Below, in pieces: positions 1-12,163 of a DNA stretch of 22,944 nucleotides (position 1 is the first letter of the stretch; each line of letters starts with the position of its first letter). Origin of the DNA: Chiloscyllium plagiosum (taxonomy: Eukaryota). The notes beneath the pieces were generated by a model. The model was not told the DNA's origin, made no database searches, and saw only the letters and a program-made list of their open reading frames with translations. Location: the NCBI RefSeq assembly GCF_004010195.1, contig NC_057752.1:5696971-5719914 (forward strand), in the 5' to 3' direction. The position numbers were made by a program, and so were the translations under genes.

Positions 1-131
1 ATCAGGGCCTCGGCTGAATTGACTGCTTTGGTTACAAAGTCAGGGTCAGCACCAAACTCTTCATGAAGATTCTTGAAGCAGTAAGGTCTTTATATTAGGA
101 GTGACGGAATCATTTAATATTTAAGACTCCA

Positions 132-766
132 TGTTCTTATGGACCAGACTAGACCATACCCCTTCAAAATATATTAAGAAGGTAGCTTACGCCTTATCTT
201 TTTCTTATTTTAAAGATAAATGTGAGGATCTGTATTTCAGATGCAATTCAGTTGGTCAAACTATTCAACGTTAAGCAAAATACAATTTATTCAAACACTA
301 TAGTCAACAAAAGAAAGAGGAACTTGGAATAACAACTCTATTGGAAAACTTAACAGAATAATAGATTATTTCACTACTAAACAGTAACTGTTCCAATATA
401 GTAACATCCCATAAACACATCCTTAGCAAAAGGGAAATTTCAAAAGCAGATTGTCTGGCATGCAGTTCTCCAATCCAGGAGAAAAGAACATCAAAAGACG
501 ATTTGGAGAAAAACCTCAGAGAGAGAGAGAATGTAGCAGGGGGAGAGATTCACTACCTTCCAACCCTGCTGAGACCCCAGCACCAAATGCTGAGAGAGCT
601 TGACATACCCACTCAGGCTGCTTCTATTGTTCCAACCTTTAAAAATAAACCCAAGGCCTCATAAATTGTTTATCTTCTCACAGACTGCTCATCACTTGTC
701 CCCTAGTCTCTCTCAAAATGAAACCAGCCAAAATGCACTTCTTAAAGCCCCAACATCATCACAACA
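132..766 (-). mobile_element. Probable solo LTR (Gypsy/ERV-like)
   Basis: TG...CA termini with imperfect inverted ends (TGTTCTTAT at 132 vs TGTTGTGAT, the reverse complement of 758-766). On the minus strand a TATA-like AT tract (~638-650) precedes AATAAA (plus-strand TTTATT 286-291), matching the U3-R-U5 order. No coding capacity and no clean TSD found. Confidence 0.45.
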
Positions 767-794
767 CAGTGAATTGCTTTAAACATTTGTAATT

Positions 795-1006
795 CAATGG
801 CTGTGATTTAAAGTTCAATCTAGAAATCTAGAAGGTTAGCACCAGAAATTGACAAATTGGCATAAAACTCCAGCTGGTTGATTAATGTTCTTCGGACTAA
901 GTAACCTGACATCCCTAATCAGTCTGGGCCTCCAAGCAACTTCAGTCCCACATGGTGGAATCCTAGTGTCTTCAGGGCAACCAGAGATGGACAGCAAAAG
1001 TGCTGT
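795..1006 (+). mobile_element. Old, degenerate SINE / non-autonomous LINE derivative (same family as 16250-16535)
   Basis: Weak similarity to 16255-16500 and to the minus strand of 5200-5390. Ends in a CAGGGCAACCAGAGATGGACAGCAAAAGTGCTG tail resembling the LINE 3' end at 18358-18390. Confidence 0.4.
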
Positions 1007-2740
1007 TGTTTGAAATAGCTTGAATCCTCTTTTTTTAAGAGTTTTAAATGAGTCCTGTGGTTTCCAGCTGTGGCTTGCAATTGGAATGGGATGGGGTGCA
1101 GGGGACATGCAGAGATGGAGGGGACGAAAGTTCATCCTCATGGCTCCAGATGCACGCACATTGGCGTTAAGGACTAAATTACACCCCACTTAAAATAAGG
1201 GAGAGTCGCTTTTGTTTTCTAAATTCCCTGTTTGCTGCATTAAAGGCTCTTTTGGAACTCATCTGTGTTTGTGGTTTAAACTGGAAATTCTAAGCCTGGG
1301 TGGCAGTTACTACTGACCCACCCAACACACATATGTCTATACTTTTGGGAAGCCATTACTGCCAGTATGATGCTCAGCAGAAACTGAGAGCAATCCAGCA
1401 ACAATTGGCAAAAGATATTAACCTGTCCAGAGTTCTCCATTCGCCACCCACCCCAACCAGTTCTTTGTGCAGACATACATAAAGTCTGAACACAGCACTC
1501 AAACTGCTCATTTCTTACATCCACTATAGTATGGGTTTTGAGCTTTGGTGAGCTTTATCTTACCTTGGCACACCAGCATATATAATGCATTTCATCAGGT
1601 CATTTCACTGAACCATTTCACAAAGTTGGTATGTTGGACTCATGCTTGACAAGCAAATGTTTTCAATTTGAATCATGTTTTTCACATAAGACAATGTTTC
1701 TTCTGTAATTAATTATGTAGGGGATAAATTGCCCCTTTATAGGTCCAACAGACTCTCCATCTCATCAAATGGAAGGATTTTTGCGTATTGGGTCAATGTA
1801 TTTTTTCTCTCTCTGCAACATTAATCAATACCAGAAACTGAAATAAATTAATATAATGTAACTCATGCATTAGGCATGGAACATGGGTCTGGTACTGATT
1901 AAATCTAGCAGGTCCAGCCACCAACTCTGAAGTGATGAGCTTCAACAATTTAGACATTCAACTTCATGCTAATTTTTTCCATAAAAATCTAGTTAGTAAT
2001 GATAGTGTGAACTCTCTGGCAAACAATCTATTCTGTAATTTATAACATATTGAAGTATATGTCACATTAATATATATGATACTGAGATTTTTTAAAAATT
2101 CACTCATGGGATATGCCTGGGCCAGCATTTATTGCCTGTCCATAGTTGCCTTTGCAACAGTGGTACTGAGCTGCCATCTTGAACCACTGTGGTCCATGTG
2201 GTGTAGGGAGACTCACTGTTAGGTGAGAGTTCCAGGATTTTGACCCAATAACAATGAAGGAATGGCAATATCTTTCCAAAACACTATGGTGAGTGGCTTA
2301 GAGGGGAACTTTCAGGTAGTGGTGATCCCATGAATCTGCTGCCTTTGTCCTTCAAGATGGAAATGGTTGTGGGTTTATAACTGTCGAAGGAACTTTGGTG
2401 TATTTCTGCAGTGCATCTTGTAGATGGTCCACACTGCTAATACTGAGCAATGGTGGTGGATGGAGTGGATGCTTGTGGATGTCCCAATCAAATAAGCTGC
2501 TTTGTCCTGGATTGTGTTAAGCTTCTTGAGTGTTGTTGGGGCTGCACTCATCCAGGCAAATGAGGAATATTGCATCGCACTCCTGACTTGTGCCTTGTTG
2601 ATGGTGGACAGGCTTTAAGGAGTCAGGAGGTGAGTTACTTGCTGCAGTATTCCTAGCCTCTGACATATTGGTCTATTTATATTTATATGGTTGGTCCCAT
2701 TGAGTTTCTTGTCAATGATAACCCCTTGGGGTTGGTTATA

Positions 2741-3057
2741 ATCCCTACAGAATCATAGAATTCCTACAGTGTGGAAACATGCCCTTTGGCCCAACAAGTC
2801 GACACCGGCCCTCTGAAGAGTATCCCACCCAAACCCATTTCCTGAATTCTACATTTACCCCTGAATACTATGAGCAATCACGGCCAATTCACCTGGCCTG
2901 CACATCTTTGGATTGTGGGAGGAAACCAGAGCACCCGGAGGAAACCCATGCAGACACGGGGAGAATGTCCAAACTCCACACAGACAATTGCCCGAGGCTG
3001 GAATCAAACTCAGATCCCTGGTGCTGTCAGACAGCAGTGCCAACCACTGAGCCACCT
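2741..3057 (-). mobile_element. HE1-type V-SINE (tRNA-derived) nested in the LINE
   Basis: The reverse complement begins GGTGGCTCAGTGGTTGGCACTGCTG (A box), contains the V-domain TGTGTGGAGTTTGGACATTCTCCCCGTGTCTGCATGGGTTTCCTCCGGGTGCTCTGGTTTCCTCCCAC, and ends in a CR1-like tail with short repeats. Homologous to 12857-13170. The LINE resumes on both sides. Confidence 0.92.
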
Positions 3058-5402
3058 TTGTGGAGGATTCCATGATGGTAATGCCATTCATTGAATGTTC
3101 AGGAACAGTGATTAGACTATCTTTTTGGAAATAGTCATTACCTAGCATTTGTGTGCTGTAAATGTTTCTTGCCATTTTTCAGCCTAAGCCTGGATAGTGC
3201 CAATGTTTTGCTGCATTTGAACATGGACTGCTTCAGCATCTGAGGAGTCATGAATGGTGCTGTACATTGTGCAATATCCCCACTTTTGACAGAGGGAAGG
3301 TTGTTGATGAAGCAGCTGAAGGTGGTTGGGCCTTGGACACTACCCTGAGAACCTCCTGCAGAGATGTCCTGGAGTTGTGATGACTGACCTCCAACAACCA
3401 CAACTATCTTCCCATGTGCTAGGCATGACTCCAACCAACAGAGAATTTTCCCTGTGATTCCCATTGACTCCAGTTTACTAGGGCTCCTTGATGCCACACT
3501 TGGTTAAATGCAGCCTTGATGTCAAAGGGTAGTCACTCTTACCTCTTCTCTGGAATTCAGCTCTTTTGTCCATGTTTGAACCAAGGCTGTAGTGAGATCA
3601 GGAACAGAGTAGTCCTGGCAGAACCCAAGCTGGGCGTCACTGAGCAGGTTATTGCTGAGCAGGTGCTGCTTGATAGCACTGTGGATGACATCTTCCATCA
3701 CTTTACTGATGATCAAGAGTAGACTGATGTGGCAGTAATTGGCTAAGTTGGATTTGTCCTGCTTTTTATGTACAGGACATACCTAGGCAACTTTCCACAT
3801 CATCAGTGTTGTACCTGTACTGGAAGAGCTAGGCGAAGGGAGCAACAAGTTCTGGAGCACAAGTTTTCAGTACTATTGCTAGAATGTTGTCAGGGCCCAA
3901 AGCCTTTGCAGTTCCAGTGATTCTTTGATATTAGATGTAGTGATTTGAATTCGCTGAAGGCTGGTATCTGTAATGCTGGGGATCACTAGAGGAGGCCGAG
4001 GTAGATCATCCACTTGGGGCTTCTGACTGAGGATTGCTGCCAATGCTTCGGCCTTGTCTTTTGCTCTGATGTGCTAGACTCTTCCGTCATTGAGGATGTG
4101 GATACTTGTGGAGCCTCCTCCTCCAGTGAGTTGTTTAATTGTCCACCATCATTCACAACTGGATGTGGCAGAACTGCATAGCTTAGATCTAACCCATTAG
4201 TTGTGGAATCGCTTAGCTCTGTCTATCATTTACTGCTTATTACTGTTAGCCACATAAGTAGTCCTCTTTTGTAGCTTCACCAGGTTGACACCTCATCTTC
4301 AGGTATGCCTGGCTGCTGCTCCTGGTATGCCCTCCTACACTCTCCATTGAACCAAAGTTGATCCCCTGGCTTGATGGTAATGGTTGAGTGGAGGATATGC
4401 CGGCCATGAGGTTGCAGATTATGCTGGAGTACAGTTCTGCTGCTGTTGATGGCCCACAGCACCTCATGGATGCCCAGTCTTGAGTTGTTCAATCTGTTCA
4501 AATTCTGCCCCATTTAGCTCAGTGATAGTGCCACACAACACAATGTCAGGTGTTCTTATTGTGAAGGTGAGACTTCATCTCCACAAGTGGGCGCTCTTAC
4601 TGATACTGTCATGGCAGATTGATGAGGGTGAGTTTGAGTATGTTTTCTCCCTCATGTTGGTTTCTTCACCACCTGCTGCAGACCTAGCATGGCAGCAATA
4701 TCCTTTACTGCTGCTGCCAAGCCACTCTTTGTGGTGGACATTGAAATCTCCCATCCAGTGTATATTCTGCATCCTTTCCACCATCAGCACTTCTCCCACA
4801 TGTTGTTCAATATGGAAGGGTAGTGATTCATCAGTTGAGGGAGATGGTGCATGGTAATCAGCAGGGGTTTCTTTGCGCATGTTTGATCTGGTGCCATGAG
4901 ACTTCATGGTGTCCAGAGTCCATGTGAGGACTCTCAGGGCAACTCCCTCCCAAATATATATCACTGTGTCGCCACCTCTGCTGTGGTCTGTCCAGCTGGT
5001 GGGATGGGACATATCTCCAGGGATGGTGACGGTGGTTTCATACTCAAGAATCATGCAATGTTAGGCTTGATTCGTCTGTGAGACACCTCTCTCAATGGGG
5101 AGCACTAGCTTCACATGTTAGAAGGGCTATTTTTGTTATTGTCATTTCTTGTGCCTAGGTCAATGCCAGGTGGTTTCATTTCAGTTTTGAGACTTTCTAG
5201 TGGTTGCTCCAGTTGGTTTGCTAGGCCATTTCAGAGGGCAATTAAGAGTCAACTATATTGCTGTGGGTTTGGATTCACCTGTAGGGAAGACCAGGTAAGG
5301 ATGGTGGTGAACCAGCTGTGTTTTTCTGACACTTGACAGTGGTGTCATGAGACTCTTAATTCCAGATGCTTATTGAATTCAAATTCCACCATTTGCCATG
5401 CA

Positions 5403-5457
5403 GGATTTGAGCCTACGTCTCTAGATTAATAGACCCAGCAATAATACCACAAGTCCA
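5403..5457 (-). promoter_or_regulatory. Degenerate Pol III A and B boxes at the LINE 5' end
   Basis: Minus strand TGGACTTGTGG (5457-5447, A-box-like) followed ~33 nt later by GGCTCAAATCC (5413-5403, B-box-like), starting ~10 nt after a G-rich 5' end. Confidence 0.6.
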
Positions 5458-5702
5458 TCATCTCCCCCATTACACCATGTTACCCATGGAGTGCCAAATC
5501 TTACTCAAGCTATTTACAAAGACATTGATATTTTCAATATTGATTACCTGATGTGTCAGGAATATTGCCTTTCTATTCTATTGATTAGTGTCAAAACTAG
5601 TTGTGAAAATGACCGTGGTCATTCATTCTTTGATGTGATTATCTACACAGGATTGTGCTCAGGTTTGATACCTAAATGGGTTGAGTTTTTGCCTTCTATG
5701 TT

Positions 5703-5913
5703 TAGGTCATTCTGTTGTAACACATGTTTCGTCAATGCGAATTCACTGTAACATGATTGATGAATTAAGGCCACTGTTTCTGCAGCGTGAACTTTTGAAA
5801 CGTGTGTTACATCAATTACATCGACAGCACTTTAAGCGCTGTTTCTAAAGCGTGGTTTTTCTATAACATGGGGTTGCACAAGAACGCATCATGTTACGGA
5901 AGAACTGACTGTA
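5703..5913. mobile_element. Tc1/mariner (Tigger-like) MITE remnant
   Basis: The right end reads TACAGTCAGTTCTTCCGTAAC on the minus strand (TA + CAGT, a Tigger-type terminus). The left end TAGGTCATTCTGTTGTAAC is a degenerate inverted match. About 210 bp, non-coding. Confidence 0.5.
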
Positions 5914-5914
5914 C

Positions 5915-8077
5915 TGGGTCGGAAAATTCCTTCAAAATGTTATTCGTAGTGCTGTGTCAGATATGGCTCAGTTAGTGGCCCTTCCAACATCATGGTTAGG
6001 TTGAGTTGCTCTTATTGAAATGCATGTTCTTTCTCGCTTATTATACCCTCTGCAGATGCTTCCCTTGCTTTTTCTGAGACAAACATTTCAGAAATTAAAT
6101 GATTTAGTTCTTTTATTTGGCGCTATAAGTAGCCCCTTATCAAGCTTACAAAATTGCAAATGCTCCAGGGGTTGGGAGGAGTGGATCTCCTGGATGTCAC
6201 AAGATGTCAGTTGAGCTCCCTTCTATTTTTTGAGAGTGATTGGGCCTGTGAGGACTCAGCGTCGATGTGGTTGGACATTGAGGCCTCCCAGGCAGAGTGT
6301 CCTCTTATTAACCTGTTGTTTATGGACAAAGTGAGGATAGTTGCAGAACACTGCCGCAATCCAATAGTTATTAACACTGTCAAAGCATGGAGGGCAATGA
6401 GACAGATGGAGGGTAATATGTCTAAAACGTCTTTCCATACTCCCATAGTCGGTATGCCACATTTCCAACCAGGAACAGTGGATCCCAGGTTTACGTCCTG
6501 GGCAGATAGGGGAGTCTCTTGTTTGGGTGACCTGTTTGAAGATGAAACATTAACATCATTTGATCAAATAACTCGTAAGTAAGGATTATCGAGTCAGGTC
6601 CTCTTCCGTATTTTTCAGATCAGAGATTTTGTCCGATAGGAGACCATGCTTTTGACTGAGTGTTATAGATCTGATACGGAAAAGAAGGTGCTTCAGGCTA
6701 GGATCACTCTTTTAGTGAGTACTGTCTATCATTTGTTGGGGGGAGGTTCCTCGGGTGACATTGAGCGATTATGGAAGATCTGGGAGAGAGAGGTAGGGGT
6801 GGAGATCACTCCCAAAACATGGGAGGACATTTGTAAGAATGTGAGGTAGAGTTTGATATGTAGCAGGACCCCTGCTATGCAGTTAAAGATTCTTCATTGG
6901 GCTCATCTGGCCCCAGATGGTCTTGCAAAATTTAAGCAGGAAGCACCTTCAATGTGCCCCAAATGTAAAATAAATATAGGTACCCTCACACCCATCGTTT
7001 GTGATCTTGCCACAGGCTCCGTGTATACTGGAGTGCTGTAGCAGGAATAATAGAGAGGGTCTTGGGGACCGAAGTCAAGGTGGACCCTGTTTCTCTTCTC
7101 CTGAGTTTGCTGAATTTATCTCCCTTACCTATACATGGGAGAAGGCTTTTTAGCATCCTCACTTTTTGTGTGAGGAAGAACATTCTGATGTGCTGGGTAT
7201 CTGAGAACCCCCCGGGTCTGTCGGGGTGGCATAAGTTAATTATGGAAGACATTAACATGGGAGGACATTTGTAAGAATGTGAGGTAGAGTTTGATATGTA
7301 GCAGGACCCCTGCTATGCAGTTAAAGATTCTTCATTGGGCTCATCTGGCCCCAGATGGTCTTGCAAAATTTAAGCAGGGAGCACCTTCAATGTGCCCCAA
7401 ATGTAAAATAAATATAGGTACCCTCACACCCATCCTTTGTGATCTTGCCACAGGCTCCGTGTATACTGGAGTGCTGTAGCAGGAATAATAGAGAGGGTCT
7501 TGGGGACCGAAGTCAAGGTGGACCCTGTCTCTCTTCTCCTGGGTTTGCCGAATTTATCTCCCTTACCTATACATGGGAGAAGGCTTTTTAGCATCCTCAC
7601 TTTTTGTGTGAGGAAGAACATTCTGATGTGCTGGGTATCTGAGAACCCCCCGGGTCTGTCGGGGTGGCATAAGTTAATTATGGAAGACATTCCTTTGGAC
7701 TTTCTTACAAATATGGTGCACCAGAAAACGGACAATTTTTATAAGACATTGCAGCCCTTTTTGAATTATTTGGACTCAGATCTGTCCCCCATTTTAATTA
7801 GGGCTTTTGTCTAGCCACGGTAGTTTGGTTTAATAAGCCTAATGTCCTGAGAGGAAGAATTTCGATCAAACGTAGGTTGAGAGCTATGGTCTTGTTACGC
7901 TGAGCAGTGTTATTTACTTATTTATTTATTTATTGATGTGTAATGAGTGTAGTTGTGAGTTCTTTTGTAGTGTAGTGTAGTAGTTGTTTTATTGTTTATT
8001 GTTGTTATAATATATATTCATATTTTTGTAACTTTATAATTTTAGAAGTTTTTCAATACAAATATCTTAAAAAAAAA
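5915..8077 (+). mobile_element. 5'-truncated L1-clade LINE (ORF2 C-terminal half, 3'UTR, poly-A)
   Basis: Fragments ALIEMHVLSRLLYPLQMLP, GLGGVDL, QLKILHWAHLAP, a CPKC zinc knuckle and FYKTLQPFLNYL are typical of fish L1 ORF2. T-rich 3'UTR ending in AATACA and an A run at ~8069-8077. Several stops and frameshifts. Confidence 0.85.
6816..7691 (+). repeat. 438-bp direct tandem duplication inside L1 (6816-7253 and 7254-7691)
   Basis: The ORF pairs 6853/7291 and 7062/7500 are offset by exactly 438 bp. I count 5 substitutions between the copies by eye. Confidence 0.97.
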
Positions 8078-8257
8078 TGTTTGAGTTATTTGAATTTGCA
8101 AAATGTTCCCTGGACCTCATCTGCCTTCTTTTGCAAATGAAAAGACTATTTTTCTGAACAAACAGGACTTCTGCTCATTTGTGAAGAAAAATGCTTCATA
8201 TTTACAATCTTGAAAGGAGCTCAGTCCACCCCAGTCCAACACTGGCACCTCCACATC

Positions 8258-11200
8258 ATGGCTACCATCAACACCACCAACTGCCGACTCAAAGCGGAGA
8301 GGATCTCCAAGAAGATCGCACATATTGACACAGCCATGAAGTTTCTGCAGAAATGCAAGAAAGCACAAAGATCCCAAAAGGACTCTGGATCCTGAACGCA
8401 CTCAAGTCGACCTACGACACAGACTACGCTGACAGAATTTGCCATCACAGCTCTCGCAAACTCCTCAATCATCTCGTACACCAACTCTACAGCAATTGCC
8501 ATAATCTTGAAATCAAGATAGAATCCATTTTCTGAGCTTGTGCTCAAGATACAGCAGTACAGTTGCGAGACACTACCAAGCAGACAAGGTGACAGAACTA
8601 CACATGCGCACCAAGAACAAGAAGCTGGAGAAACTTGGCATCACCACCAGCAGTAACCGAGCCTCTCCGGCACCACAGTTGAAAATGGTACCATCACGGG
8701 GAAATCAATTGTCAACTTATCAGACCACACCCTTCAACTGGAAGAGATTGAAGTTCTCAGCCAAGGGCTCAATTTCTGCCCCACCACCAAAATGGACCTT
8801 GTTGTTCTTATGGCACACAGTGAAGAATTCATCAGACATATGAGACTCTGGGAATTCTTCCAAGATACTTTTTGTCATTTACATAAATAATTTGGATGTG
8901 AGCATAAGAGGTACAGTTAGTAAGTTTGCAGATGACACTAAAATTGGAGGTGTAGTGGACAGCAAAGAGAGTTACCTGAGATTACAACAGGATCTTGAAC
9001 AGATGGGCCAATGGGCTGAGAAGTGGCAGATGGAGTTTAATTCAGATAAATGCGAGGTGCTGCATTTTGGGAAAGCAAATCTTAGCAGGACTTATACACT
9101 TAATGGTATGGTCCTAGGGAGTGTTGCTGAACAAAGAGACCTTGGGCTGCAGGTTCATAGCTCCTTGAAAGTGGAGTCACAGGTAGATAGGAAAGTGAAG
9201 AAGGCGTTTGGTATGCTTTCCTTTATTGGTCAGAGTATTGAGTACTGGAGTTGGGAGGTCATTTTGTGGCTGAACAGGACATTGGTTAATCATGTTGGAA
9301 TTTTGCGTGCAATTCTGGTCTCCTTCCTATCGGAAAGATGTTGTGAAACTTGAAAGGGTTCAGAAAAGATTTACAAGGATGTTGCCAGGGTTGGAAGATC
9401 TGAGCTACAGGGAGGGGCAACTTTTTCACGCAGAGGGTGGTACGTCTATGGAATGAGCTGCCAGAGGATGTGGTGGAGGCTGGTACAATTGCAACATTTA
9501 AGAAGCATCTGGATGGGTATCTGAATAGGAAGGGTTTGGAGGGATTTGGGCCGGGTGCTGGCAGGTGGGACTAGATTGGGTTGGGATATCTGGTCGGCAT
9601 GGATGGGTTGGACCGAAGGGTCTGTTTCAGTGCTGTACATCTCTATGACTCTATGTCAGACATGAGCCCAATGAGACAACCGATGAACCAGAACAGTCTT
9701 CAGAGAGATCCATAGTGGAGCGACCAAAGAAGGAATCGATGAGCTGCTGCCCTGTGTTAGACACGTATGCTCAAACCATCAGGAAATGTGTAAATGCCAG
9801 ATTCATCAGCCGCACCCACAAGGTAGAGCAAAACGTCACCCAATCACAACACAACACCATCTATGCTCTCAAAATCAATTGCAGCATTGTCATCAAACCT
9901 ACAGACAAAGGAGGAGACATCGTCATTCAGAATAGAACAGATTACTGCAAGGAAATGTACCCACAACTGAACAACTGAATACTACAGGCAACTACCGGCC
10001 AATCCAACCAAAGAACTAAACAGATTGATCAAGACCTTTGATCCATTCCTTCAGAGTACCCTACACACTCTCATCCCACATACTTCTCACATAGGGGACT
10101 TTTACTGCCTTCCAAAGATACACAAAGCCAATACACCAGGATGTCCCATCCTACCAGGCAATGGGACCCTGTGTGAGAACTTCTCTGGCTATGTCGAGGG
10201 CATCTTGAAACCCATTGTACAGGGGACCCCCAGCTTCTGTCACGACACTACAGATTTCTTATAGAAACACAGCACCAACGGACCAGTCGAACCCGGAGTA
10301 TTCCTCATCACAATGGATGTTTCAGCACTCTACACATATCCAACGATAATGGCATCACTGCAACTGCCTCAGTACTCAATACCAACAACTGCCAATCTCC
10401 GAGCACCGTCCTACAACTCATCCGCTTCATCATCGACCACAACATCTTCACCTTTGACAACCAGTTCTTCATCTAGACACGTGGAACAGCCATGAGTACC
10501 ACATTTGCACCCCAATATGCCAACATTTTCATGCACAGGTTTGAACAAGCCATCTTTTCTGCACAGGGCCTCCAAGCAACACTATACACCAGATATATTG
10601 ATGACATTTTCTTCCTTTGATCCCATGGCGAAGAGTCACTGAAACAACTACACAGTGATAGCAACAAATTTCATCCCACTAACAGACTCACCACGGACTA
10701 TTCTTTAGAATCAGTCTCATTCTTGGACACATGCACCTCCATCAAGGATGGACACCTCAGTACTTCACTTTACCGCAAGCCCATGATGCTGCAACTGAAA
10801 CATATTAAAATGCTATCCCGTATGGACAAGTCCTATGCATACACTGGACCTGTTCAGATGAGGAGGAATGCGACAGACACCTGAAGGAGAAGGTGCTGAA
10901 GGATACCCTCATAAGAACAGGATACGATGCCCAATTCATCAATTGCCACTTCTGACGTGCCACAGCGAGAAACCATAATGACCCCCTCGGAGACAGAGAC
11001 GGGATATAACCAATAGGGTACCCTTCACTGTCCAGTACTTCCTGGAAGCAGAGAAACTATGCCATGTTCTTTGCAGCCTGCAACACGTTATCGATGAGGA
11101 TAAGCACCTTGCCTACACTTCCACTTCTCGCCTTTACACAACCGCCAAGCAGACCATTGTTCGCAACAAACTGCCCAACCTTCAGGACAACATCAACCAC

Positions 11201-11635
11201 AACACCATACAACCCTGTCATGGCAACCATTGCAAGATGTGTCAGAGTGTCGACATGGATACTGCCATTCCACATGGGGTCACCGCCCACCATGTACTTG
11301 GCAGGTACTCATGTGACTTGGCCAATGTTGTCTATCTCATACGCTGCAGGAAGGATGCCCTGAGGCATGGTACATTGGCAAGACCAAGCAGACACTACAA
11401 CAACGGATGAATGGACACTGTATAACAATCGCCAAACAGGAATGTTACCTCCCAGTCAGGGAACACTTCAGCGATCAAGGGCATTTGGCCTCGGATCTTC
11501 GAGTGACCATCCTCCAAGGCAGACTTCAGGATACGCAACAATGCAGAGTCACTGAGCAGAGTCATGATAGCTAAGTTCGCTACCCATGAGGATGGCCTCA
11601 ACCGCGATCTTGGGTTTATGTCATACTACAGGTGA
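8258..11635 (+). pseudogene. Disrupted PLE polyprotein (N-terminal domain, RT, Cys-rich linker, GIY-YIG endonuclease)
   Basis: ATG at 8258. Motifs FLQKC..KIPKGL, IVIKPTDKGGDIVI, FYCLPKIHK, MDVSALYT, GTAM, YTRYIDDIF (~10583-10610), PCHGNHCKMC (~11213-11242), NVVYLIRC...WYIGKT (~11324-11385) and GLNRDLGFMSYYR with stop at 11633-11635. Many frameshifts and stops; interrupted by a CR1. Confidence 0.9.
8867..9654 (+). mobile_element. 5'-truncated CR1 (HER1-like) LINE nested in the PLE
   Basis: ORF 8892-9353 has SKFADDTKIGG and WQMEFNSDKCEVLHFG. The 3' end is GGACCGAAGGGTCTGTTTCAGTGCTGTA plus a CTCTATGA/CTCTAT tail. PLE coding sequence rejoins as CAAGAT|GTCAGA. Confidence 0.93.
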
Positions 11636-11639
11636 CCCC

Positions 11640-11790
11640 ACTACACTACACACAGACAGACTCTTACACATGATCACACTCACACAGACCCTCTCTCATA
11701 GACATCCTCTCTCAGACACACACACAACCCCACACTCTCACTCACACCTCTCACAGGCATATACTCCGTCTCTCTCAAAAAGCACACAAC
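11640..11790 (+). repeat. Degenerate (CA)n/(CT)n low-complexity tract in the PLE 3' region
   Basis: Directly visible CACACA/CTCTCA-rich run. Confidence 0.8.
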
Positions 11791-12121
11791 CTGCAGGCAG
11801 TCAGTCCATGTGACATTTTATAAATTCCTACTTTGGAAATGGAACCTATCTGACTCAAGGATGGAATACAGACAGACTCTAACCTCACACCTTTAATGCA
11901 TTGTCTGAGCTGAGATGTCACCTTTTCTCAATAAAACCTTAAGCTATTTCAGGAATGTGACTTAAAAGAAGTTCTGGGACTTGCAAATTAATTAATTGAA
12001 ACCTCCAATCCATTCTAAGTGATTAAAGACATTACAGCAATCTAGGTTTGTTCAATACATCGCATCAGTTGTATGACACTTTGATCTTTTACTATAAATT
12101 CTGTGCCCTATGGTCCTGCTC

Positions 12122-12163
12122 CACTAGCTATCTGACGAAGGAGCAGCACTCCGAAAGGTAGTG
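12122..12163 (+). ncRNA. Minimal hammerhead-ribozyme-like motif in the PLE terminal region
   Basis: CTGACGA (12132-12138), A, stem GGAG/CTCC closing the loop CAGCA (12140-12152), then GAAA (12153-12156). The flanks CACTAGCT and AGGTAGTG pair at 7 of 8 positions. Minimal hammerheads are known from PLE pseudo-LTRs. Confidence 0.7.

Larger units (their letters stand above)
2098..5468 (-). mobile_element. Near full-length, decayed CR1-group LINE (APE endonuclease + RT) with tRNA-like 5' head
   Basis: Minus-strand ORF fragments: endonuclease motifs GGDTVIYI and WMGDFNVHHKEWLGS (4575-5054); RT motifs ISKVMEDVI..AIKQHLLSNNLLSDAQLGF (3522-3716) and SQGSVQGPTTFSCFINNLP (3138-3497); C-terminal LNTIQDKAAYLIG (2375-2575). 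The 3' tail GGCAATAAATGCTGGCCC lies at ~2120-2137. Collinear with the plus-strand copy at 17152-18430. Confidence 0.9.

Noticed and set aside
1241..1262. AAAGGCTCTTTT resembling the histone mRNA stem-loop
   Set aside because: The 3' arm (AGAGCC) is absent and there is no histone ORF upstream.
836..1524. Short ORFs of 60-117 aa
   Set aside because: No recognisable domains, and they partly overlap a decayed SINE.
1563..1702. Possible minus-strand coding exon ending at CAAG|GTAAGA
   Set aside because: All three frames contain stops and the acceptor is weak.
1930..2090. Possible C/D snoRNA (GTGATGA ... CTGA)
   Set aside because: No terminal stem, long spacing and no recognisable guide sequence.
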